A stretch of 64,000 nt of DNA. Origin: Laetmonice hystrix. Taxonomy: Eukaryota. A program made the translations under genes and the position numbers. The DNA lies in NCBI GenBank assembly GCA_965235115.1, contig OZ249436.1:27964001-28028000 (forward strand). Reading direction: 5' to 3'. Below the pieces are notes generated by a model, which saw only the letters and a program-made list of their open reading frames with translations, searched no databases and had not been told where the DNA came from. The first letter of the stretch is position 1; each line of letters starts with the position of its first letter. Positions 52,006 to 64,000 of the stretch are shown one piece after another.

Positions 52006-55000
52006 GGTCTTTTTGAGAGGTCTCAGCAGTTGGAACGATATCTTTATGACAATGATAATTTATTTGATTATATTTAAGTAATATGACACTTTAATGTTCT
52101 GCGTCGTTAAGATTATGGACTTAAAGCTTAGACGTTCCCCACAAAGGCGCAGAAAGCTGTAAAATTTACGCTTACCGCGACGCCGGACGCATTTTTTAGG
52201 GGGGGGGACTAGACGTTTATCATGGTACGTAATGTAGGTATACGTCCAGTACTATGGCCGCGGTTTCATGTTGAATTAAAAAAAACTATTATATAGTGGA
52301 CAAGGACAAAATCCAGGTAAGATAACACATTTTGCCCGCGAGATCCCGCTGAGCGTTCGAACGCAGTGGGTGGAGCCCTTTCGAGTGGACTTCCGTTGAA
52401 AGGTCCACCATTAACGTAGTCCAGGATGGCAGGATTTTACATAGAACAGCCCTGATAGTGATACAATGCTTACTTTGATACAAGGAGCGTATATTTGTTG
52501 TGGCATGCAATGAAGGACATTATTCTGACCGGATAGCACGCGGAAGAATACACAAAATGGGAGAAAACAGCGCCAGTTACAAATGTCGGAGCAACGTACC
52601 AAGTTCCCGCCAGGACTAATGCTAACACTGATTCACTGAACATTGATATTGTTAAATAGGTATCAGGTCGACCCCCAAAGGTGGGTAGATAGATTATTCT
52701 ATTCTATTATTCTGTAGAACCATCTCCCCCAAAAGATTTGGTGAAATAACACCTTTATGATAGAATTACGGAAACACATATTTTAAACTTAACCAGCATA
52801 CACTGCTGGGGTTTTAGGCTGACGAACAGTGTGCATTACTTCGTCCTGGCTGGCTCATAGAGGTGAAATTAAACGTCTGCCTGCAGACTCGATATTTCTC
52901 ACAATATATTCAAACTACAATAATAGGATGGTGTACTGAATGGGTCCTTGAAGCTAAAGGCCTGTGGTATGAGAGTCTAAATGGGAGAAAAGCTCAGGCC
53001 ATTTTCATGGAAAGTGTGATAAGGCAATTAGATTATGCAATTAAATGGCTTTGACGGTGTATTACGACTTCATGCGATCATGTGGAGTTACTCTGAACCG
53101 ATTTGAACTGAATGAGTAATGCACTATACAAAAGAAATCAACCAGATTTCTGAAACTCTTCCAAAAGAAGATTTCTGTTCTCGATATTCTGTCTTTCGTA
53201 TTTTTAGTAGAGAGGCTGAACATGGAAAAGTGGCGTAAAATTAAATTTCGTTCAAACCGAGAGATTGGATAACTAATGAAAACGTTCAGAGGTATATAAA
53301 AAAAAATCCCTAAATACGGATTATCCATGGATTAGCTTGGTTTGACTTGGTTAAGCAGAAACACGATAAGTATCACCGTGATGCACTTTTTTAAAAGTTC
53401 CAAATTCTTATTAATTATGTGGTGTCAGTGTTCTTGGTTACCATGGTAACCATGTAGCCTGTGTTTACTACTTTGCCCTAAATGAATTAGATCATTTATT
53501 CGGTGTGGAAAATCAGGTACTACTTTTGGGAAGTCCCTATATGAAAGCTGAAACCTGATGGAGTCGTTGTTGATTAAGACGACCTGTCAGTTATATCGGA
53601 TACGGTCATGGTGGAAACGATTTAAGATCTGCCTGGGAAAATGTAAATTCCTCATTTCTGCCCTCTTTATTCCGGGTTAACCCTCCGATTTCAAAGAGTG
53701 ATCCGTGTCCCTCAAAAATACGGAGATCACATTCCGTCATGTTACGCAACGCAGAAAATGGGGTCTTTTCGGTTTGGCCTAATCAGTCCGGGCGGCGGAG
53801 GTGGGGGGGGGTCTATAATGAAGTAGAAATCTTGAGAGGATTATCGCAAGTCGGCCACTGTGATATACGAACCTCCCTAGGTGGGTGCTTGAAGCGCCGC
53901 ATGTAAATATTTCATGCCCCAAATATAAATATCTTAGAAAATTGTCGGTCCCGTTCAAGTAGAGAGTTGAGTCTAATTCAATCGACATTGGAGCCTTTAC
54001 GTATAGACTCTATAGGTCTGTGTTTGCCAGCAAGATCATGGTGGGTTGTTTTACCACAGAAGACCGCGATGAAATGAAGATATATCACTGGGGGAATAAA
54101 GCAGTGATGAAAAATAGACCTATGCCTATAATAATAGGTTACTAATAGGGTTCTATTTTTCTTTTCTTTTTTTCTTTCTTTCATTCTATTTTACCCCTTG
54201 CACCTCACATTTTCGTGTTGAGGATTACACAGTAATTACTTACTAAAAGGGCCGCATGACGATACACCTCTCTGTACATCGGTCCAATGCTATAGCTATA
54301 GCAAGGGTCGACCGCTAAAGAAGGTGTGATTGTAATGCCTATAGTTTCCGCCCGAAAAGCCAATCGGGGCCTCTAAGTATAAGCCTGGGGTAGAAGATAA
54401 TTGCCTGAATCTAGTATAGCCTCTCTCCGACCAAACCGTGCGGGAGAGGGAGGATTGGATTAGATGCGGGAAGAGGAGGGGGCTCGGAGTTCCCCGCTCT
54501 GACAAATTGATTTCTATTGCGCCAAACCAAATGCGGCCTGACTGGTCAGCGACTTGCCTGATGGACCGCAGCCCCACCTAAAGGAAACCAAACTTGAGGA
54601 GGTGGAAAAGAAACCACATATCCATTCAATACTGCTCTTTCATCCCACCTGTGATGGGGTGCACTGCCAATAATGATTTACGTCGGATAATCAGCGGTGC
54701 TATTTTTGTGGTTGCACCTCTAGGATTGGATAGTCCCCCCCCCCCCCCACCCCCCTCCGTGATACCAGACTGACACGGGGTTCATTATCTTCGTGACAGT
54801 ATGAAAGGAATGCGAACTACAAATCATTTGGTTGCGGCCTGTGGGTTGCTTCAATATAGTCTAAGAAAAGCATGCTAATAGTATTTCCATTTAGATGCTA
54901 TTTAGCTATAAGAATTTAAATTGTGACGTGAACGACTAATTAGCGTTTCAATCAAGGAACCTGTTTCATTGTAATTATCTGAATAATTCAATGTACCTGA

Positions 55001-55958
55001 CATTAGAACACCACTTTTAACATGCAGCCGATGACTCTCTGCTGCTTCCAGACCATGTCTGTACTCATTTTAAAAGCGGCCTCGTGAATGAGAACGTAGA
55101 CGTACGTCGAAGAACACTCATCAGTTTGAAACGAAAATCTCATTTTTAACATTCAAATTTTGAAGTTCCAAGACATCGAATCAAATGAAACTGTAAAGTA
55201 GGTGCCATTATATTCCCCCCCCCCCCAAAAAAAAAGTCGAGTCATAAATCACCGATAATGTTCAGGTTCGGAATACGGTACCACAGATAGAATAACTTGA
55301 AATTAAAAGTCAATTAAGTAATTTAAATACGGAACAGTCTTAAGAAGTGCGTGCATGCTTATAACAGTATTCCTACCGGCAACCACATGCACATGCTCTT
55401 TCTTTTTCTCGATTTCCTGCCATGCAGAAGTGGGATTTCCTAAGAATGGTTGTTCTGTAGCATGACATAAAGTACACACCGGCAAGTAATAATGGGACTC
55501 TACTTAATGGGAATGGGATGGTTCATTTCCAGACCGTCGTTTCTAGTTTCGGTCGTGCCAAGTCGATTTCCTCTAACCATACTCCTGTATTTCAATTTGA
55601 AAGCGGTATTAACTTTAAGCGCCCGTATTAACAAGGAATATTAACAAGGAAACGACTGCGCAATCTATCATCTATACTTAACAACTTCAAGGAAGTAAGT
55701 ATTAACCCAATCCTCAACGATATCAATCGCGGAAATAAAAGCCCGGGCCTGATAACCCGTAAAAAGTCAAAAGTCTGAGAGGCTATATAATGCTGTTCCA
55801 GACATCAATCCACAGAAAATGCGTCTTAATATTATGAACTATAAAGGCGAATTTAAATGTAAGGGCCCATTCGTACTTCAGTCGCTATAGTAGCCGGCCC
55901 CTTAAAACTATACGGAGTCGCCGCACCCGCTCATAATGCCGGGGTCAGGGTCGGGAAC

Positions 55959-56443
55959 AGTTTTACTGTATTTGTTAACACACAGTCTCTTCCCATTACG
56001 TATACCATAAGTTTTACTGTATTTGTTAACAGTATTACTGTATTTGTTAACACACAGTCTCTTCCCATTACGTATACCGTAGGTTTACTGTATTTGTTAA
56101 CAGTTTTACTGTATTTGTTAACACACGGTCTCTTCCCATTACGTATACCATAAGTTTTACTGTATTTGTTAACAGTTTTACTGTATTTGTTAACACACAG
56201 TCTCTTCCCATTACGTATACCATAAGTTTTACTGTATTTGTTAACAGTTTTACTGTATTTGTTAACACACAGTCTCTTCCCATTACGTATACCATAAGTT
56301 TTACTGTATTTGTTAACAGTTTTACTGTATTTGTTAACACACAGTCTCTTCCCATTACGTTTACCATAAGTTTTACTGTATTTGTTAACAGTTTTACTGT
56401 ATTTGTTAACACACAGTCTCTTCCCATTACGTTTACCATAAGA
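55959..56443. repeat. 72-bp AT-rich minisatellite (21+21+30 bp), about 6.7 units
   Basis: (GTTTTACTGTATTTGTTAACA)x2 followed by CACAGTCTCTTCCCATTACGTATACCATAA. Confidence 0.97.
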
Positions 56444-57123
56444 CCGTATACCTACCGTGACTTTCTGTGTCTAATGATCGATCATATAATACTGAGATAT
56501 ATCAATATCATAGCTATTATGTCTACATCGAGTCGTACATGGACACGGCGCCAGCAGGACACTTCAAATACTTGTATAAATGTTTCCACCCCCAGCAAGC
56601 CTCGTGCCAGGTTATTGCCTTGATGATTTCGCTGTGGTAGAACATCTAAAGGAATCGGCGACCCCCCAAGTGACCAACTGCAATAGTCTGTTATTACCCT
56701 CCTGTAGCTGTGGGTGCGGCCAACTGCTCAGTGGGGACTGTGGTAGGCAAGCCAGCAATGTATCCCGCCTGTCATATCAAACGTCCCCCCAGACTGATAT
56801 TATCTGTTATTAGCAGTGCCTCTATGAGAGCAAGAGAGTTAGGGATCCGGAATCTATGGCGCCGACTTCGTTATTATTGAATGAAACAATGCAGTGGATG
56901 ACGACAGGGATTATGATGACTGGTGTCCCAGGGGACATCAGTTAGATGTTTCACAACGTTATGATCGGCTAGGATCAGTAGGGTCTTTCTTTCTGTCTGT
57001 CTTTCTGTCTGTATGGCAGCTATATAATAGGGGTCCTACTTACACAAAAAGTCTCGTGGACTGAAGTGGCATTTCTAGTCAAACGTACTATACCAGTTAT
57101 AACACAAGTTACAAATTCCTAAA

Positions 57124-57610
57124 CCGGTGTAACGTTTTGAAATTCCCCCTCCCCCGGAGGAATTTGAAAATCGTTTTCAGATTCATCCCCCCATTTCCCC
57201 CCCTAGGATTCTGAAAATGTTTTCATTTTCCCCCACGAGAACATGAAAAACGTTAATACGCGTTCCCTTGGGAAAGGGTTAGGGCTAGGGTTAGGGTTTG
57301 GGTTAAGGTTAGGGTTAGGTTAGGGTGAAAATGAACGGTCAGTAAAATGAATGGAGAGAAACAAGCTGGCAAACGATATCTAGGCCTAGGACCTACCCCC
57401 TAGATGTGGTGAAGTAAGAAGGACAAAAAGGATCGACATTTAAAATTAGTCATAAAATAATAAGGTAGGCCTATATTTTATTTATAAACGTAAAACGTTT
57501 TCAAGTCCCTGGTGGAGGGAAAGTTAAATCGCGGGAGGGAATTTGAAAACGTTTTCAAGTTCCAGGGGGGGGAACTTGAAAGAGGGGGGAAGTTGAAATC
57601 GTTACACCGG
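57124..57610. mobile_element. MITE with subterminal repeats and an internal telomere-like (TTAGGG)n core
   Basis: TIR CCGGTGTAACG...CGTTACACCGG. TTGAAAA(C)GTTTTCA modules in both arms, and a degenerate TTAGGG run at 57277-57326. Confidence 0.82.
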
Positions 57611-60600
57611 CATACTTTTGGTTTGTGGCCAGTGCCAATGGTGTGGCCCTGTAACCCTACCGACGGAATATTGGACCACATGTATGGTCAGGGAGACTAC
57701 ACTTGTCTAGAAGCCTGCCACTGCTAATGTTCAAACCTACCTAAAACACTGTGCGAATATCAAAGTACAGCAGTAACTTTCATTCACACTCTAGACACTT
57801 TTTTTTGCCTAGTAAGGGGAAAAGTTTAGTTCACTTGAAGTTTACACTGGTTCCTATCATCGCTGTATACGTCCACCAAACTGCGGACAGATTATTATTT
57901 TGTTTTGAGAGATTTCGGGGCAAAAACATAAAATCTAGTTCAGTGTTCGATTATCTACAGGTATCTCTACAAGATAACTATCAAATAGAATATCAAAGGA
58001 TATTAAGTTTATATCCACAGTGTATTTCAACATCGGTTGAAAACACTGCATGGTTGCATTCACGATACGCCTCCATAGTGTGCATCAATCTACCTTTACA
58101 TACAAAACTTTCCAAAGCTACCCGGGCATGTACCTTGTGGTTGAATATAATATCCTGGATTTAAAAACATCAGAGATCTTGTCGCAGGATTACCCCCTCC
58201 CCGGCCCCCTGTTCCTGAAAGTAAATCCCCTGTGTTGACGCGGATTAACGGAAACATCACAGCAGCGTTTTGAAACCAACTCCATCGGGTAAAGAGTAGG
58301 AGAAAAAGTCCCGACTCTTGCAGGCTTTCCCTGTGACTGGGTTCCTCTGGGGATGTGTCCGCCATCGTTTCGTTCTTTGTGTCCATGTCTACTTTTGAAT
58401 CAGCTTTCCATGACGCTACTATTTTTAGGATCATGAGCAGTAATTCTTCTGTGCGTGCTATTTGCAGAAAACATTGAGAATCTATCGGTGCACTGGAGCG
58501 CGACGACAAGATGGCGGTAACGGCACGGTGACACTGACAGAGCAACTCGACGCTGACAGAAACGCGAGGGCATGGTCGAATAATGCTGAAGTAAGCACAA
58601 TTTACATTTTCTCTAACTAAACTAAACCAGCCACCCTTATGGGGCGTGGTTTTACTTTAATGTGATCTAATCTTATCTTGGAGTAAACCTAGCCGTTCAC
58701 TTCTTTTTTCGAATACTTTAACATGACAAAGGTAAACGCCCCCTGAGGCTGCAGTTCATTGGTATACGTAACTCTTATTACCTCCGACTGTAGGTTATTC
58801 CATGTGTTTCCGATGAGTTTCTTGTACAGTATCCCGTAAAAACGGGGAAGTCAATACGTACCGTCGGGGGGGGGGGGTATCATTGTACCGTTTGGTGTTG
58901 ATGGAAGGGATGCGAACGATTATAGACGTTGTCAAGTAAAGCCGAGTCCAGAGTTCGATAGACCGTATTTATGGAGGAGGTGGCTTTAGTTGAGAATCAA
59001 ACTGACCACTGCATGACGGGCTGTGAATTCTTAACATCGTCAGACTATATATGGGTCAGAGTCGTCTCAAAAGAAACCACGCTTTTGATCGACGATGATA
59101 ACCGGAAGTAGGCCGAATGTGTTTGGGCAACAGATACCCTCGTCGTGGAATAACGTATCCATGAATTAAATGTCACAGTGTGTGGTGAAATAAGCTTCCT
59201 ATGCATAGAATTAAGAGAAGGTAAACTGGCAAAAAATACTAAAATCGGCATAAAAAAAATTGTATGATATTTGGAGTATTTAACTATGGAATGCTAACAT
59301 TAATTACTTCATTCTGAGCATATTTCCTGGCAGAATTTGCTGATAAATTTTGATACTTTCCATTGAATTAAAAAAGACGGTCGTCTTTTTACCTGTTTTT
59401 TTTTTGGTCATTAGTGACAGGAAAACGATTAAATTTGTACCTAATTTAAGGTAAAAGATTACTATGTTATCTGCGATATGGTGGCCAACAACCAGATGAT
59501 CATATTAGAGGTAGAAGTATTTTTCAATACTTTCAGCATTATTATTATCCTGTTTTACCTTCCCTTCAAGACAACGTTCCAATAAAAATGGGTCTGCATT
59601 GCGATAAGTCCAAAAAGACGCTGTATTGTTACCGACAAATGACTTCCTGTTAGCGTCACACAAGTCTTATTGTTGTCGGTACGTTATCTTGCGTTATCAG
59701 TCAGTCATCACGTCACGTACTAACGAAAAATCACGCCGGGGGAAGCGACAATGCTGTCAATGACGAATGGCCAGCGTAGTGGCCACATAACCCGTATTGA
59801 AGGCCTGGCACAACAAAATGTGCTATCTAAATGAAGCCACTTCATCGCCTAGGAAGCGGGGTGTTTGCGCTCATCAATATTACCAGCAAGGCAGCATTCT
59901 CCCTCGACTTGTGTTTTTTCCTGTCTCTAAGATGAAAAGCTAATTAAAGGATACTCGCCTGCCAACGAACGTATAGTGTATGGTACCCAGTTTGCCGCTT
60001 ATTTTCGCATAATTCTCTTGGGAGAAGAGCCCGGTGAAGACTTAAGCCGTAAGTCCGCTCTATTGGTATTACGTTCTACCTATAGAAAGGTGAAATAGGC
60101 AGCTGGAGTGGGGGCACAGGTGAGGGTCTTTACATTGTCGACCTGAGATCGGATCAAAGTTCTCTCACCCAGCTGTAGGGAGATGGAGGTCATCAATAAT
60201 TTTATGACCACATGGGAACACATACTCTGCCATCAATCATTTTGGTATTTTAAACAAATGTAAGGTTTAACCATGCACACTTGACGATAATTTTGAACAG
60301 GTGAGCTTAATACATTCGTTTCCAAAAATGCGCCGTCAGGTTTGCATTTTGCCATCGTAAAAACATCACGTAACTATGAGTGAGTTTTACACATTATTGA
60401 TCACAAGACAGAAGTTGCTGCTCGCATATATGTAAAGCTATATAATCCCACACAAGAAGAGCAAAGCATATCGGAGATGATACGACCAACTTCGATGCTC
60501 CTGCTGGGACTCGGTCGGAAAATAATCACACTTGGGGGGGGGGGGGGTACCCACACTATATTCGACCCCCACCCGTCACCCCAATGAGAAATCTTTTCAA

Positions 60601-63600
60601 CTTTAGCCCCGAGTTGTTCCAGAAGAGAAAAGACCATTTGGCCGTTTTTAGGTGTTCGGGGAGGGTTCTACTTACACGACTTCCTAACACAATACGGCTA
60701 TATGCTATCGTTCCTCCAAGATTATGAAAACAATTCAAAGATTACTTTTATAGGCATGATGATACTGACTGATCGGTAGTTCTATACAAATCGGGATTAA
60801 TTTTCAACCAAAGGACTACCATCAGATTATTTGGCCACTCTAGTTAATGACCTTTTGTTGAAATAAAAGGATTGAGTGATACAGGCCGGCGTTTAGTCTG
60901 ACCACGTTTCCTGTTTCCGTGGGGAGGCGGTAAACCTACGGCAGGTTTCTGTTCCAATGTATGGTGTTCGCTCCCAGTACACATGTATAGGCCTACGTTC
61001 TGCTGTTAGTGTAGTAATACTCAGCAGGTCGATCGGTGCATATTGGGCTTTGAAAATTAAGTTGGCAGCGAACGGGATATTCGGACTCGAAGAGGGGTTT
61101 TAGAACATCTGAGGTACAATGATTGCACAGGCCCGGCAGCCCACGTATTCCACCCACCGATCGTTTTATCGGCACTCAAATTGCGGACAGATGAACGAGT
61201 CAGAGCGGCCGTTTGGGCTGAGGCGTTTATGTGTAATTGCGTTAGACCTTTCCCGCAAATGAGTTCCATTTCGGGTCTTATTCAGGTTTTTGAATAGCCT
61301 TGATGCAGTGGAAGAGGTCAAATGCTTGCAATTTGAGTATGATGTATGCTTTCTGATCTTATGAAAGCGTTTGTTCTATCACAAAATATGACCTTCCCTC
61401 AAATTGGCTGGTTCGATGAAATCAGATTTTCCCCTAATAGAAGCATTGCTTTTTATCATAATGGAGCTTCGCCTTTTTGCTTCAAAGAAGATGTATATTA
61501 ATTCGAAGCGATTCATGGGAAACGTATCGCATGAAAGACAAACCATGATTCTCTGAATGCGAGGCGTCTTTCAGGATTAATTTCAGAGATTATAGCGTGC
61601 AGGCCTTTTGACATTTACAAAAGGTTCCATTGATGTTGTCACTGCACAATTCCCGTGAATGCAACACAAATGGATTAGACCGCATGGGTAGCGGCGGCAG
61701 TGAACATCAAGAATCAAATACCTCACTGCAATGATTTGAATGATGAAGGCGACCCACTATTTACTTTCTCTAGGATTTAATTATGTTCCTGTTTCTGTAT
61801 TAAACACTTTTACCCTTGAAATGGTATTACAAGAAGGCACATTCGTTACAACGCTTACAACGCACATTCGTTACAACGCTTACCGTCAGTCTGTATCACA
61901 TCAAATCTACACGTCGTAAAAAGTTTCAATTGATATAAGATATCAAATAATAGAATACTACCAAGATTACGAGCGCTTTTTTCCTTTCTACATAAGAAGC
62001 CTATGGACCATTTCTGTATATTTACAAAAGCTTGGTAATTTACCCAACATACACAGGGATGGTATAGCAGCCTATATAATATACCAATCAAACATTGTTT
62101 ACAAATGGGCGATGCCTTAAACCAATCACCTCACATGGTATCTACATAACCCAGCTCTCTGAAAAGTCAATGCAAGCCTGAATCAGATACAAATAGTTTA
62201 ACCCTCAAGGACTTCCAGTGAAAGTCTCTCGCAGGTGGATTTAAATTGCCAGGCTCTCCTGCTGCTCATTAGACCTGCCCTTCGCTACTCTATACTGTAC
62301 AACGCCCTTTACACTTCCGTATAAACTTGGCTGAGGACTTTTTTCAATTAGCGAGATAGGGCCGTGACGTGAGAACACATTATTTCCGCTTGGTGGCCGT
62401 TGGAAACAGTCTCAGCGGACCCATGTCTCAGCGGACGAAGACCTAGCAATGACACGGCCCTGTGATTGGGGCGCCTGAGATCTTGGCACCAACTTTACAC
62501 GTACACCTTCTGGCGTTACTCCAAGTGCATCGTGCCTGTGAATCGATGCCTGAACCCTTTGTTCTCCCCGGCGCCGGTTGTAAATGTTTGTTTAATTACC
62601 TGATGGGCCAGGATCATTAAAGCATCCATCAGTCTAACCCTTCTGTAGTATCTATTAGAGAATTCAGCAACTAAGGAGTGCTGTTCTTGTGAAGTGCCAA
62701 AAATGAGCTGAAGTAACAATAAGAGGAAACAATTTTGTTTTTTAACTAATCACTGTTAATTATCGATTCCCTCCTTTCCGTTCGATTTATTTTTTTTAAG
62801 TAAAAGGTCTACAACGGAAATCAGTAGGAAATGCTTTAAGTGAGAAGAACTCTTCACTTGATAAATTTAAGAGGGTGGCCGCTTAGCCTGAGTAACATCG
62901 CGACTTGGTGAATTCGATAGTATGGATTCTGTTCTCATGCCAAGGAAGCTACCAACTGTGAACACTATTGAAAGAGAAGAACACAAGTTTCGAAGTTAGG
63001 AAACTTCCTGCTTGATTAACATTAAATTTTATAGTCTGTGTGTCGATCTATGGCCCGTATTTACGGAATTGAATTTTTTACTTTCGTATTTCCATTACGA
63101 ATTTCTTTACTTCTCCATAGGAAAGTCTAAAGCAAAACACTTCTAAAATTTTACCCCCCCCCCCCCCCCCCGCCTTCATTTTATCGGAGCAGCTTGTGTT
63201 GCAGGTTACAAGGATAGGCTGACACCAAGTCCGAAAGTCTTCTTTGAATCCATCGCTGACCCAAAGATGTCTTTCTGGAAGCCTCTTGATTGGCTGAGAG
63301 ACTCCCAAAGACTTTGGAATGACTTCTTTCTTTATATGCACACAGACTCGAGCATGGTCGCTGCTTACATCGTTGGTTTCACGACAACTGTCATCTCTCA
63401 CCTTCATGTCTAAAAGGAGAGATGAAAAGCCAATCATTAATCAATGAATTGTGCTGAGGCCTTAGAAGAGTAAAAATAAAAGACAGCACCGGGTCAATAA
63501 GAAATCGTAGCCACCTAAAGCAGTCGCTTGGTACGAAATGACCTACAATCTTTTGCGTGATTCTCCAAGAGAAATTAGAATAACAGTACTACGTTGCAGA

Positions 63601-63944
63601 TATGAACTTCTTGGTGAATGGACCTCATAAGAAAGAATATTTTGTAGCCGAATGGGTTCAGGCACGCACCCTTCACTATCTTGTCAGATGTCTATAATAT
63701 AAATCGTATTCCATCTCGTCGTCGCAAAATGATGAAACTTTTCTTGTAATCCAAAGGTCGCATAAAGTCAATATCAATGGTGTTTTATTATTCTGTCTTT
63801 CAATTTCCGGGGTGTCGTTAACTTGCCCATGAACAACACATAATGTTCACTTAGTGTTAGGTATCCACAGAGAGTCTTGTGTTGATTTAACGTCGAGTCA
63901 TAATGAGAAGGTTATGTTCCTAGTTCTCGTTCGCCCATTCATCT

Positions 63945-64000
63945 GTAACCTTTCTACTTTGACCTTTCAGGTGTGATTTGGACGCCTGAAGGATGTACCT
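63945..64000 (+). other. Candidate splice acceptor and start of an exon
   Basis: Pyrimidine tract CCTTTCTACTTTGACCTTTCAG|G, with AG ending at 63970. Confidence 0.4.

Noticed and set aside
48014..52081. Long ORFs of up to 444 aa as real repeat-protein genes
   Set aside because: They overlap in several frames on both strands, are produced by the 78-bp repeat, are broken by 89-bp units, and have no unique domains.
58096..58545. 149-aa minus-strand ORF and a hAT-like peptide (DGVGFKTLL) in another frame
   Set aside because: No coherent domain, no TIRs, and only a few matching residues.
61838..61882. Short direct duplication GCACATTCGTTACAACGCTTAC x2
   Set aside because: An ordinary slippage-type tandem duplication with no further structure.
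63078..63437. 119-aa minus-strand ORF near the window end
   Set aside because: No recognisable homology, and it crosses a poly-C run giving a spurious poly-Gly.

Overview
This is eukaryotic (animal, probably marine invertebrate) non-coding DNA. I found no intact host protein-coding gene, rRNA, CRISPR array or prokaryotic system. A strong splice donor at 556 and a strong acceptor at 63970 suggest most of the window could be one very large intron, but this is inference. The only clear coding remnants are a 5'-truncated, frameshifted CR1/L2/Crack-type LINE reverse transcriptase (about 19950-21750, minus strand) and the N-terminal fragment of a PIF/Harbinger transposase. That fragment lies inside a 1.6-kb non-autonomous element present twice in opposite orientations (9431-11069 and 37366-38939). 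The rest is TTAA-flanked (Kolobok-type) and other MITEs, a tRNA-derived SINE, a tRNA-Met-like fragment, microsatellites and several minisatellites (38, 22/37, 25, about 31, 78 and 72 bp units). All long ORFs at 35.3-36.0, 43.7-44.9 and 48.0-52.1 kb are by-products of these tandem repeats. The most striking structure is a nested pile-up at 35.4-39.1 kb. There a 25-bp satellite is split by five insertions, including a MITE inserted in reverse orientation into a copy of itself, and the inner junctions can be reconstructed from their target-site duplications. I did not find convincing evidence of a new multi-gene system.
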